From positions 57,346-121,345 of the forward strand of contig JAFNEO010000040.1 of assembly GCA_017886205.1 (NCBI GenBank): a DNA stretch of 64,000 bases, given 5' to 3'. The position numbers and the translations under genes are program-made. The stretch is from Candidatus Aminicenantes bacterium (lineage in GTDB: Bacteria > Acidobacteriota > Aminicenantia > Aminicenantales > UBA8522). The notes beneath the pieces were generated by a model. The model did no database searches and had not been told where the DNA came from. It saw only the letters and a program-made list of their open reading frames with translations. Positions 29,804-39,459 of the stretch are shown piece by piece. Each line of letters begins with the position of its first letter. Positions within the stretch are counted from its first letter, which is position 1.

Positions 29804-30145
29804 ATGAATATCAAAATTAAGGACCTTACTGCGTCCGATTTCCCCGGCATTGATGAGGCGAAGTTCAACGAATGGAAGGCGCTCAAAATCAAGAGGAACC
29901 GTGAACAGAGAATTGCCTTTTATATTGGGGTTGGAATATTGCTCATCTTGAGCCTCTTGAGCGTCCTGACTGCTAAGTCCATATTCTTGTTGATATACCT
30001 GAGTTTGTTCCTGAGTTTGTTTATAATTGATGACGTTTACATAATTTATCGCAGAAGATACAAGCACTTGCGCCAACTTGGTAAGGAACTCAAGATGTCC
30101 GCCCGGTTGAGGGCAAAGAAAAAGGGCAAAGAGTTTACCGGGTAG
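29804..30145 (+). CDS. Small membrane protein (2 TM helices), AT-rich
   Basis: 113-aa ORF with two hydrophobic helices and GAGGG RBS. Confidence 0.6.
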   Translation: MNIKIKDLTASDFPGIDEAKFNEWKALKIKRNREQRIAFYIGVGILLILSLLSVLTAKSIFLLIYLSLFLSLFIIDDVYIIYRRRYKHLRQLGKELKMSARLRAKKKGKEFTG

Positions 30146-30149
30146 ACGA

Positions 30150-30391
30150 CGCGGAATTCGGCGGGATGGAAAAGTTTGTCAGAAGGGGAGACTATATCGT
30201 TACGAACGGTTTGAAAAGCCCGGGCAAACTTCTTGATATCGGACAGGTTATCGTTGGTCTGAACCCGGTCGCCTTGCGCCACTCGATTCGGTAAAAAGCC
30301 GAGCGAAATCCCCTTCATCTACAAAGCCAATCAGATGGGGCTCGGGGAAATGGATGTCAACAGGATAAAGGTTAAGAACGTCACGGCTTAG
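30150..30391 (+). pseudogene. DUF362-like C-terminal remnant
   Basis: Frame reads FGKKPSEIPFIYKANQMGLGEMDVNRIKVKNVTA*; no start, disrupted upstream. Confidence 0.4.
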
Positions 30392-30416
30392 AAACTTGGT
30401 TGGCCACTTATGACGA

Positions 30417-32291
30417 TCAAGTGGGAGGACGAAGGCGCTCGCGGAACCAGTGGCGCAGTGCCTTCATTCTCTCCTTCTGGGAAGCGGGCGCGCGTCTTCG
30501 GCAGGATGAGAGTTCGTCGCTTCCCTCGGGCGCTCCCCAACGGATTTCGGCACAATCGTTAGGGTTATAAGCCATCTCAAAAGCGTCTTTCCTTTTCAAA
30601 ATTTCTTCTACGCTCAGGATCTGCTGCGTTCCATCCGTTCTCGTATAAGTAATGGTCAATTGCCTGGCACATTTCTGCTTAAGCTCCTCGAGTTCCTGTT
30701 TTACCTGTTTCGGGTTTTTATTCTTAGGAAATTTGAAGGACTGCGGGGAGCGAATGATTTTTTCGGGAAATTTGAGGAGAGTATCCATGGCTATCAGCAG
30801 GCGCATATCCCTATTGGGCGTGGAGTAATCTTCCCACAGTCCCACGTCTTGGAAGGTAGCCGCCGCCCCTTTCGGCATGGGGATGATTTCCCCCGGATGG
30901 GCTTTCCTGTAGTCTTCTCCATTGGCCACGGACAGCACGCGGGTGACGAGCTGCTCATGAAAAGCCGCAAAAAGGTCATGAAAGGCGGTTACGGGGTCAA
31001 GCGGCTCGGGGTTGATCAGACGTTCCATGATGTCGTAGAACTGATCGCTCGCCATATTCTTTTGCTCGAGGGAGAAATTGTCATAATCCGGGCTTTCCCT
31101 GATTTCCTCGTTAGTCATGGGCCGCCAATTGTTTTTGGCCTGAATAATTGGCCGAAAAGCCTTGAATCCGGGATTGCCGATGACATTCTTGGTATTGAAA
31201 AGAAAATTTCCCGCCCAGAAACGTCTTAAACCTATCGTGCCGTCAGGCTGGGCGTCGATGGCCAAGAGCTGGCCGGGATGATCGACCGTCTGAGGAATCC
31301 ACCTGACAATGATTAGCGTATGTCCGTAAGGGTCAGCGAACACTGCTCCTGGCCTTAAGTCATTCCGGGTGAGAGGGAGGGGATAGTAATCAGAATGCTC
31401 GTCTTCGAGTAACGTTCGGGCCGTTCCTGAATGGATGGCATCCATGATGAGGCGCAAGAAGGAGTTAAAGGCCTGGGTTTCACTCTTTGACCCGATCTCA
31501 ACTGGGTTCAATGACCATTTTTGACAGGCCGGCGCTATCTCGAGAGTGCCTCTCGTGCATTTGTGAAACCCGAAGGGGAGCCTCATTTTCCAGGCAAAAT
31601 AGGCCCTCAGGAAATAGGGCGCATCGGCACAGTCCGGCTCCATGACGATAGAGGTCTTCCCGCCCGGATCATCTTCACCGAGCGAGAGCGAGTTGTAAAG
31701 AATATTCCGTTCCGGGTCCCTGGTGACTTCGTGAAGGGCTTTCCAGGAAGTATTTTCATCGGCATCATGAAAGAGAGAGTCAATCCAGGCAGAATAAAGA
31801 TTCTCGGCGGCTCTGTTCCATTCCTCTTCTATTTTCCAGATCCCCTGCCCTCTGCTGCTCGCGGAATTCGCCGTGGGCACTCTGAGCTCGCGGGTGACCA
31901 AGAATTTTCCTTCCCGCACGAGCGAGACAGTATAAGCCCCCTCATGAGTGAGCGTGGCCTCTGCACACAACCAGAAGGGAGGACCGCCGCTTCTTCTCAT
32001 TTTTGCGACAGGCAGAGTGCCCGAGGGTCCGGTGATAACAATACTCGCATCCTCTATTTTGGCCTCGGAAGCCGCCAAAATACGGAGGGTTTCTGCGGGC
32101 TTAACAATCTTGGGTGAAATCAGTAGGGCGAATTTTTCTTCCCTTTTTTCTGGGGACGTAAGACTCGAATTTGAAAATAAGTATTGTGTCCCCAGAATCA
32201 TAAGGATAGCCCACAGGAGAGCGTTCGTTGTCTTGTGGATTTCGCCCTTAGACATGCCTAAGTATATAAATAAGAAATAAAACGCTGTCAA
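30417..32291 (-). CDS. Exported hypothetical protein, possible papain-like Cys/His hydrolase
   Basis: 624-aa ORF with signal/TM segment, DCADAPYFLRAYFAWK and YGHT motifs. Confidence 0.65.
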   Translation of the reverse strand: MTAFYFLFIYLGMSKGEIHKTTNALLWAILMILGTQYLFSNSSLTSPEKREEKFALLISPKIVKPAETLRILAASEAKIEDASIVITGPSGTLPVAKMRRSGGPPFWLCAEATLTHEGAYTVSLVREGKFLVTRELRVPTANSASSRGQGIWKIEEEWNRAAENLYSAWIDSLFHDADENTSWKALHEVTRDPERNILYNSLSLGEDDPGGKTSIVMEPDCADAPYFLRAYFAWKMRLPFGFHKCTRGTLEIAPACQKWSLNPVEIGSKSETQAFNSFLRLIMDAIHSGTARTLLEDEHSDYYPLPLTRNDLRPGAVFADPYGHTLIIVRWIPQTVDHPGQLLAIDAQPDGTIGLRRFWAGNFLFNTKNVIGNPGFKAFRPIIQAKNNWRPMTNEEIRESPDYDNFSLEQKNMASDQFYDIMERLINPEPLDPVTAFHDLFAAFHEQLVTRVLSVANGEDYRKAHPGEIIPMPKGAAATFQDVGLWEDYSTPNRDMRLLIAMDTLLKFPEKIIRSPQSFKFPKNKNPKQVKQELEELKQKCARQLTITYTRTDGTQQILSVEEILKRKDAFEMAYNPNDCAEIRWGAPEGSDELSSCRRRAPASQKERMKALRHWFRERLRPPT

Positions 32292-32439
32292 ATGAGCTCA
32301 AATCGGCGAATATATCTTGAAGAGTCTAGCCTTTTTTATTCCAGCCTCCATACTGACATCGAGACCAAAGCGGGCTAAAAGAAGCCTATTGGCAAATCAA
32401 CAGGCTCATCAGTGACCGAGTAGGTGTTGCAACCGCAGT

Positions 32440-32620
32440 GCGCCCGTAGCTCAGTGGATAGAGCGGTGGACTTCGAATCAGAACGGACTGATTTTCCTAA
32501 CCTCCTGAAAACAAAGTAATAGTCAATCTTTCCAGCAAGTTACAAATTATCTCTAGGTATACGGAAGTATACGAAAGTATATGGAAGTATACCGGGGATG
32601 GTCACAATTTGGTCACAATT
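32440..32620 (+). repeat. att-like repeat copy 2: tRNA-Arg 5' half plus arm region
   Basis: Direct repeat of 22660-22840; first 40 nt identical to the tRNA at 39460. Confidence 0.9.
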
Positions 32621-32642
32621 ACATAAGCCAAGTTAAGCGGGT

Positions 32643-33485
32643 TTAGCGAAAGTCCTGTGACCTCGTCTCCTGAATATTTTGAGGATAAAGCTGCCACGCG
32701 CCGTTTACTTTTTTGTACCGGGTCGTCATCGTTTTAGCAAACCGGCGGCCATCCCACGTATATCGATAGAAACAAATGTCAGGCGGATCGATGATGATCC
32801 TGTCATAAGAATTCTTCTCGCCTCTTGTTCGCTTGGAGATCGTCGTGCCCGCCTGCGCGACGATGATCGACCGCTTGACCGTTATGTAGTGACTTTGTAA
32901 ATCTCCCAGGTAGTCTCGGTGATAATGTCCGGACAGCAACAGATCTATGCCACAGGGTTCGAGCGCTTCCACGGCCAGGGCTCCCCGTCCCACCAGTGCG
33001 GCGTAAGGGCTATCCAGGGGAGGCAAGAACGGGTGATGGGTGACAAGCACTTTGAAAAGATGGCTGCCCGCTGCGCAAAATTTGTCGGCCAGGATCTTGA
33101 TCTGAGCCATCGAGATTCTGCCGTTCTTAAAAGCTGCTGCTCGCGCGGTATTTGCGCCAAGGATCATCAGTTCATCATCTTGAAAGACCGGGTTCAGGTC
33201 GGTCGTGATGTAATGTCTGTACCGGCTGAGCGGCGTGAGGGTGCGCCGGGCGACGTCGTAAAAGGGAATGTCGTGATTTCCCGGCACCACCAGACTGGAA
33301 ACGGGGATCTTCCGGATGAATGCGCCGGCTGCTTCAAACTGCTTCTTTCGGGCGCGTTGGGTGAGATCGCCGCTGATGACAACCACGCTCGGATGAAATC
33401 GGGCGATATCCTCCAACAATATTTCTGCGATCCGCTCGTCTTCCATCCCAAAATGGAGGTCCGAAATGTGCGCAACCACCCTCAT
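32643..33485 (-). CDS. Metallophosphoesterase (Icc/CpdA-like)
   Basis: SDLHFG, SGDL, PGNHD, THHP and SGHYH motifs. Confidence 0.9.
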   Translation of the reverse strand: MRVVAHISDLHFGMEDERIAEILLEDIARFHPSVVVISGDLTQRARKKQFEAAGAFIRKIPVSSLVVPGNHDIPFYDVARRTLTPLSRYRHYITTDLNPVFQDDELMILGANTARAAAFKNGRISMAQIKILADKFCAAGSHLFKVLVTHHPFLPPLDSPYAALVGRGALAVEALEPCGIDLLLSGHYHRDYLGDLQSHYITVKRSIIVAQAGTTISKRTRGEKNSYDRIIIDPPDICFYRYTWDGRRFAKTMTTRYKKVNGAWQLYPQNIQETRSQDFR

Positions 33486-34384
33486 GGTATGGCTATCTCC
33501 GGCGCAAACACCCGCAACGCCTTAGGCCGTATCCGGTAATGGAGAGGGGTGTCGAGCGCCATGAGTTGGCCGTCTGCGGAAACCGTGATCTGTCTGCGCC
33601 GCGTTTGCACCTGGACCTCTCTGGAAAGTATGAAAGTAAAATCTCTGTCCTGTCTCAGGCCGAGGATCGCCATCAGGAGAATTCTCAGAAAAGCGAGCCG
33701 GCCCGTATGTTTCAAAAGATAAGCACAAAGTTCTCCGCGTTCCAAAGACGTGCGGTCGCCTATGCGCAGGAATTTCATTCCATATTTATTGTTGCCGACA
33801 AACAGGAAAGGAGTGGTGCTCGTCAGGCTGCCCTCGGAAGTTTCAAGCCGGATGGTAATCAGGGGAAACCGCAAGAATACGCGGAGGGAAGCGTCCAGCA
33901 TGGCGGGCCATTTTCCACGGCCAAGGCGAATGATCTCCTGGTCTCGCTTTCGTACCGCCTTGGGATAGAGGCCAATTGACGAATTGTTGACGAAGATGCG
34001 GCCGTTAACTTCTCCGACGTCGATCTCGTGGATCTTGCCTTCAGCAATCGCACGAGCCGCCTCTTGCAGGTCGAAAGGAATTTTCAAATCCTTGGCGAGA
34101 TGGTTCAACGTGCCGAGCGGGAGAATTCCCAACGGTGTTGACGTGCCGACCAGCGCCGCAGCCACCGCGCTTATGGTGCCGTCCCCGCCGGCTGCAACAA
34201 CGGCATCGAAATGGGAAATCACAGCCTGTTTTGTAAATGCAGTCAGGTCGGAAACTCCCGGGCATACGATTTGGGCATCCACGTTTACAGCTTGGAATGC
34301 TTTCGCGATTTCTTCCGTTTTGTTTTCTGCATCGGGGGAAGATCCCTTGCCCGCACCGGGATTGAGGATGACCAGGATCTTCAT
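33482..34384 (-). CDS. Diacylglycerol/lipid kinase family protein
   Basis: NPGAG, GGDGT, PLGTLN, ADG motifs; stop overlaps the phosphoesterase start. Confidence 0.9.
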   Translation of the reverse strand: MKILVILNPGAGKGSSPDAENKTEEIAKAFQAVNVDAQIVCPGVSDLTAFTKQAVISHFDAVVAAGGDGTISAVAAALVGTSTPLGILPLGTLNHLAKDLKIPFDLQEAARAIAEGKIHEIDVGEVNGRIFVNNSSIGLYPKAVRKRDQEIIRLGRGKWPAMLDASLRVFLRFPLITIRLETSEGSLTSTTPFLFVGNNKYGMKFLRIGDRTSLERGELCAYLLKHTGRLAFLRILLMAILGLRQDRDFTFILSREVQVQTRRRQITVSADGQLMALDTPLHYRIRPKALRVFAPEIAIP

Positions 34385-34948
34385 AATTCGTCGAGGAAAC
34401 GCCAGGATCCTAGCCTCATCCATATTTGAAAGTTCAGGGGCATACGAAATTCCTTTTTCGCGCCGCGCGCATCTGCCATCCATATGGCTTGGAAATGACG
34501 CCTCCTATTACAAAAGGATGTTATCCCCGGCGCCCGATTTGTGTCAAGAACTCAAAAAAAGGCGCGCCGGAGCTTCTGCTGCCGCGTTATCGGCCCGGAT
34601 GGCCGGGAAACCACCCGAACGAAGATAGGCCACCCGTCGCCATCAAAATAATATCACCCGCTACTCGTAATCCCCGCTCTCCTCGGCCGCCATATGCCCT
34701 ACCAGGAAGAAAATCCTGGAAAAGAAAGCTCCCGCTCCTTCGCGGAATTCTTTTATAACAAGTTCAGGCACACTTGCCCCAAATGATCCGACCCAATTAG
34801 CACGATCTGGGGCGCGGGCGCGTCACTTACAAATGTGCAGCAACTCTAGAGCTGCAATAACGGTAGACATATACGCCACGCAGACCGTATCGGCGCAATC
34901 CTCACAAGCATTCTCGATTCGTCAATGTTGATCTACAACGGTAGCGAT

Positions 34949-35599
34949 TCAGCCTGTCGCCTGCGCACCGCGACTTCCACGAAACAAAAAGGTCAACGCA
35001 AACCCCACCAGAAATCCGCCGATGTGCGCCATGTAAGCGACGCCACCCGTCTGCGCTGTGTCGGCAATCGAACCGATGCCGCTAAAAAATTGCAGAACGA
35101 TCCAGATCCCAATGACGATCAGCGCTGGCACTTGAATCACTTGTTGGCCCTGCAATACTCTGACCTTTCCTTTCGGGAACAACAAAATGTAGGCGCCGAG
35201 CACCCCCGCAATCGCCCCCGAGGCTCCCAAATTCGGCACGTTTGATCCGAGGGTAAAAGCCAATTGTGCAAAAGTTGCCGCAATCCCACAAAGTAGGTAG
35301 AAGATTGTGAACTTGATGTGCCCGAAACGGTCTTCCACGTTGTCACCGAAGATCCATAAGTAAAGCATGTTGCCTCCCAGGTGAAGCCACCCGGCATGCA
35401 TGAACATGGAAGTGAAGAGTGTCAGAAAATTAGCGAAGGGATTGGCCAGGAAGCGGCCAGGAACGAAAGCCCACCTTTTGATAAAAGCGTCACCGCCACT
35501 CAGCTCTACAAAGAAAAACAGGACGTTTAGAGCGATCAAGGCATAGGTGACCAGCGGAACAGTTCTGCGGCCGCTATTATCATCACCGATTGGGAACAT
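34949..35599 (-). CDS. Rhomboid family intramembrane serine protease
   Basis: HLGGNM, GASGA catalytic Ser, AHIGG catalytic His. Confidence 0.92.
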   Translation of the reverse strand: MFPIGDDNSGRRTVPLVTYALIALNVLFFFVELSGGDAFIKRWAFVPGRFLANPFANFLTLFTSMFMHAGWLHLGGNMLYLWIFGDNVEDRFGHIKFTIFYLLCGIAATFAQLAFTLGSNVPNLGASGAIAGVLGAYILLFPKGKVRVLQGQQVIQVPALIVIGIWIVLQFFSGIGSIADTAQTGGVAYMAHIGGFLVGFALTFLFRGSRGAQATG

Positions 35600-35694
35600 A
35601 GGATTTATCTCCTTTTACCAAAGATGGGCATTTCGTTTTCTGGTTTGCCGGCTGAATGAGAGATCATGGACCGATCTTATCCAATCCCGTCGTT

Positions 35695-35736
35695 AAGGAT
35701 GATAAATCCCAGTGTCGTCAGATGTCAACCTGAGCT
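35695..35736 (-). promoter_or_regulatory. Putative sigma70 promoter, duplicated at 36421-36455
   Basis: Minus strand TTGACA-18 bp-TATCAT upstream of the rhomboid gene; 32 of 34 bases match the copy at 36421. Confidence 0.6.
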
Positions 35737-35743
35737 GAAAATA

Positions 35744-36115
35744 TGTCAACGCAACGTGAATATGTCCTATTCTTAGCAACATGAATCTGTCCTATTTTCA
35801 TCTCAGGCCAAGAACAACGGGGCCGCGCTTCCAGGGATGGGTGGGCGGGGGAATGTACTTGGGCGGTTTCCTCCGGATTTTAATGGCCAACACCCTGACC
35901 GCCGGTTTAGGCCGGACCATCTCGACCTCCTTGTACTCCAGCTCCTTTCCCTTGAACCGAAACGAAAGCCTCCCATCGAACCACTCCCTGACCATGACCT
36001 TCTGCTGGCGCAGGGTCAAGGACGGCCGGCTGAGGACGAATGTCCGGCTCGTCCACTTGATGATATACCCGTTGTTGACTGTCCGGATGCCCTGGAGGCA
36101 GAAGATATCATCCTG
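35744..36115 (-). mobile_element. ISNCY/IS481-like transposase 3' remnant with right end
   Basis: DDIFCLQGIRTVNNG..KYIPPPTHPWKR, two ~22-bp subterminal repeats (GCAACRTGAATMTGTCCTATT) and a TGT terminus. Confidence 0.7.
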
Positions 36116-36295
36116 ACCTGCCCCCGCGATGCGGTGCTCGTCAACGTGACGCTGGACCATCGCATTGATGCGTTGCAGACGCTCAGATGAGAGCCCTGCG
36201 TTGCCAGGCTCTGTCACGGAAACGGCTTCACTCCACAAAACAGATTGTAGGGCGACACAGATAACGAGACAGGTTGACAATACGATATGCCTCAT
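36116..36295 (-). pseudogene. Serine hydrolase/beta-lactamase family 5' fragment fused to the IS remnant
   Basis: Signal peptide then PGNAGLSSERLQRINAMVQRHVDEHRIAGA, switching in frame to transposase sequence. Confidence 0.6.
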
Positions 36296-36531
36296 AATCA
36301 CACCTCCGCGCAAATTGCTACGTTGACAAATCTAACCAGAGGGGAATAATAAGAGTTACGTTTTCGGCTAGGCCGGTTTGATGAGCATTCATGGCACCGA
36401 TTTGGCCTCACCCCATCGTGAAGGATGATAAATCGCAGTGTCGTCGGATGTCAAGATATTATGAAAAGCCTCCTTTTCTTGGAAGATTATATAATGGTGG
36501 AAAATCTTTTTAAGGAAAGGAGGTCAAATTC

Positions 36532-37587
36532 ATGTTTCACATCGGATTGGATATGCACTAGAAGTTTTCGAGAGTTGAGGTTATGGATGAAGAGGGTCAA
36601 GCTATCGATCAGAGAGTTTTGTACCATGATGATCAGGAGAAGATAAGGGAGTACTTTAGTCACATCGGTCAAGACGGAACAGTCACTCTCGAGGCCACAC
36701 GCAACTGGTACTGGCTCTTTGAGCTTTTGGAAGAGGAAGGGTTAAGGGTCAAGCTGGCTCATCCCTCAAAGGTCCGATTAATCGCCGAGGCCCGAATAAA
36801 GACAGATTCTATCGATGCCTCCACGCTGGCTCATCTGGAGAGAACAGGATATCTTCCTGAGGCCTATATTCCTTCCCGGGATGTTCGGGATAATCGAGAA
36901 CTTTTGCGTTACCGGCTTTCTCTGGTCAGAATCAGAACCAGCCTGAAGAATCGCATCCATGCCATCCTGGATAAACTGGGGATAAACCATCCTTTCTTTG
37001 ACCTCTTTGGGAAAAAAGGCCGAGAGTTTCTCAGGGCGCTCTCTTTGAGGGACGTTTACAGAAAGGAGCTGGACGGCTATCTGTCAACCATTGAATTTTT
37101 AGATGAGATCCTCAAAGGGATTACCAAAAGAATCCAGACGAGCCTAGAGAAGGATCCTCAAGCTGAGCTTCTGATGAGCATTCCTGGAATTTCCTATCTC
37201 ACGGCGCATCTTCTTCTCTGTGAGATTGGAGACATCCAGCGTTTCCCTTCGGCGAAGAGATTGTGTTCTTATGCCGGGATTGTTCCAGGGACTCATCAGA
37301 GTGCTGATCATATCTGGCATGGCCCCATCACCAAACAAGGCAATTGCTACACCCGCTGGGCCATGGTTGAAGCTGTTCAGAAGGCCCTTGCTCAAGATCC
37401 TGTACTGGCCATTTTTTACCAAAAACTCAAAAGGGAAAAAGGGGCGGCTAAAGCCCGAGTGGCAGTCGCTCGGAAGCTATTGGTAGCTGTCTATTATGTG
37501 CTGAAGAAAGAAGAGAGATACAAATTTAATTCGCTGACAAGAATACATCTGGGCAAGCCCAGGAGCTCAACTGGTCACTTAGAGTAG
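36532..37587 (+). pseudogene. IS110 family transposase with in-frame TAG at codon 10
   Basis: RBS GGAGG, MFHIGLDMH*KFS..., LEAT, KTDSIDA, SIPGIS, SYAGIVP..QS, AVARKL. Confidence 0.88.
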
Positions 37588-37715
37588 ACCGATGTCAAGA
37601 TTGGGACGCCCAGAATCGAAGACAATACAGTGTGCTAAAAGCACGGATAGAAGTTTGGGATACAAAACATGAACCATAGGAAATGAGAGCAAGAAAATGA
37701 ATAAAGGAGATTGAC
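37548..37715 (+). ncRNA. Putative bridge/seek RNA of the IS1111-type element
   Basis: Contains GAGCTCAACT (reverse complement of right flank), GATGTCAAG (left flank) and ATAGAAG (element right end); boundaries approximate. Confidence 0.7.
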
Positions 37716-37930
37716 AATATGGAGGCTTTTCATAGAAGTTGAGCTCAGAACCTTTGCATACTCGGCGGGGGGAGCCTTGAGAAGGTCGCTTCTCTGGCCC
37801 CGCGTGTCCTTCACTTCGCCCGGATTCTTAGGAGCTAGGAAGCGAGAAAACGAGGGCAGATGTGAACTTTGGACCAACCCGCTCCGACTATCTAAATGGG
37901 AAGTACTAATGCAATTCGCCGCTTCGGAGG

Positions 37931-39025
37931 ATGGAGATGAAAAAAACGATGGGGATTGACTGGAAGATGTCAGCAAAGCTCGATTTCCGATTCATTTTGA
38001 CCTCCGTGATTTTGCTGATGGGATTTTTTCACGGTCAGGCCCGGGGAGAAAGCAACGAGCTCTACCGCACCGAAGAAATAACCGTACCGGCGGGCGATTT
38101 TACCGTCGTGGGCGATCTGTACATCCCGGTGAAGGGCGCGAGACACCCGCTCGTGGTATGGGTGCATGGCTCCGGTCCCCTGACCCGCCAGATGATGGAG
38201 CCGCTCCTCATGCCTCAAATCGAGGTGTTTCTCAAGGCCGGCTTCGCTTTCTTCATCGATGACATTCCGGGCGCGGGCAGCTCGAAAGGCGCCATATCGC
38301 ATGTGTACCGCTACCGGGCCATGATCCTTTGCAAAGAAGTGGAGGCCCTGGAACGCCGCCCGGATATCGTCCCGGGACAAGTCGGCGTTGCCGGCCATAG
38401 CCAGGCGGGCGTGGTCATGCCTCTCGCCCTGAAGAGCTCGTGCGGTATCGCTTTCATGATCGCGGAGGCCTGCGTAGCCGAAAGTAACACCGAGCAGGAG
38501 TCCTATTTGCTCGAGAAGTTCATGATCTGCGAGAACTACCCGCCGGAGGAGGCCCAAAAGGCCCGGAGATTGAATCTCCAGCGGTACTATGCCGAGAACT
38601 ACAAAGATTATCGGGAGGCCGCCGAGTACATCAACAACCACCCGGCCGCCCAGCTGCTGGAGATTACCGAACCGCTGATTGCGGAGGATGAATTCACGCC
38701 GCCCGACAAATCGGCCGGCACGTTCTTGGACCCGATGGGGATCGTCGCCGAGACCAGGATCCCGGTTCTGGCCCTTTTCGGGGAAAAGGACAACAACGTG
38801 GACCCGGTTCAGGGTGTGGAGGCGTACGAGAAGGTCTTGAAAGCGGCGGGCAATGAATTCTATCGAGTCGAAACGATCCCCGCCGCCAATCATATGCTGT
38901 ACGCCACCCAGGCCGGTTGCGCTCGGGAGCTCATGGTGCAGATACAAAAAGGGAAGCCGGATTTCGCCCCCGGCACCTTGACGGTCCTCGCCGACTGGCT
39001 GGAAAAACTCAAGAAACACCTCTGA
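37931..39025 (+). CDS. Alpha/beta hydrolase, exported
   Basis: VHGSG, GHSQAG nucleophile, GEKDNNV, NHML. Confidence 0.85.
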   Translation: MEMKKTMGIDWKMSAKLDFRFILTSVILLMGFFHGQARGESNELYRTEEITVPAGDFTVVGDLYIPVKGARHPLVVWVHGSGPLTRQMMEPLLMPQIEVFLKAGFAFFIDDIPGAGSSKGAISHVYRYRAMILCKEVEALERRPDIVPGQVGVAGHSQAGVVMPLALKSSCGIAFMIAEACVAESNTEQESYLLEKFMICENYPPEEAQKARRLNLQRYYAENYKDYREAAEYINNHPAAQLLEITEPLIAEDEFTPPDKSAGTFLDPMGIVAETRIPVLALFGEKDNNVDPVQGVEAYEKVLKAAGNEFYRVETIPAANHMLYATQAGCARELMVQIQKGKPDFAPGTLTVLADWLEKLKKHL

Positions 39026-39049
39026 TGACCCCCGCGACAATGATGTGAG

Positions 39050-39200
39050 GGCGGCAGGTTCCAAGCCCCGGACGTCAACTCCAGGTGACGGACGATGCGG
39101 CCCAGGACGGCATACTCCGTAAGGAAGGCGACGACCTTCATCGTGCCCGCGCACTCGGGCAGACCATCGGATCAGGCTCGCATACCGTGCAGATTATATC
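39050..39200 (-). pseudogene. IS91-like transposase C-terminal remnant
   Basis: DPMV/CPECAGTMKVVAFLTEYAVLGRIVRHLEL zinc-ribbon tail, frameshifted. Confidence 0.5.
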
Positions 39201-39459
39201 CGCCCACCTTCGTATTTCTAAGGTTACCGATGCCAGGAAGAGGCTGGCGGGGATAAAGCAATAGTGCTTTCTAGGATTAGTTTTTCAAGATCATCGGATT
39301 TCCCATCCGTTGCTCTACAGGCAAATAAAATGTGTTTGTTCAACACTTTTTGATATAAGAGCGCCTTGAATTTGCTGCATTTGTGACCAGATTGTGACCT
39401 GAAGTCGGTTTTACAACGGCCCCAACATGATGTAATATCTATTCCCAATTCCGAATTGC

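Larger units (their letters stand above)
36453..37738 (+). mobile_element. IS110 family, IS1111-type insertion sequence
   Basis: 14-bp subterminal inverted repeats TATGAAAAGCCTCC (36460-36473) and GGAGGCTTTTCATA (37721-37734); AAG core at both junctions; long right non-coding end. Confidence 0.9.

Noticed and set aside
34600-34700. Additional IS91-like tail (MAAEESGDYE*) on the minus strand
   Set aside because: Too short to support without a search.
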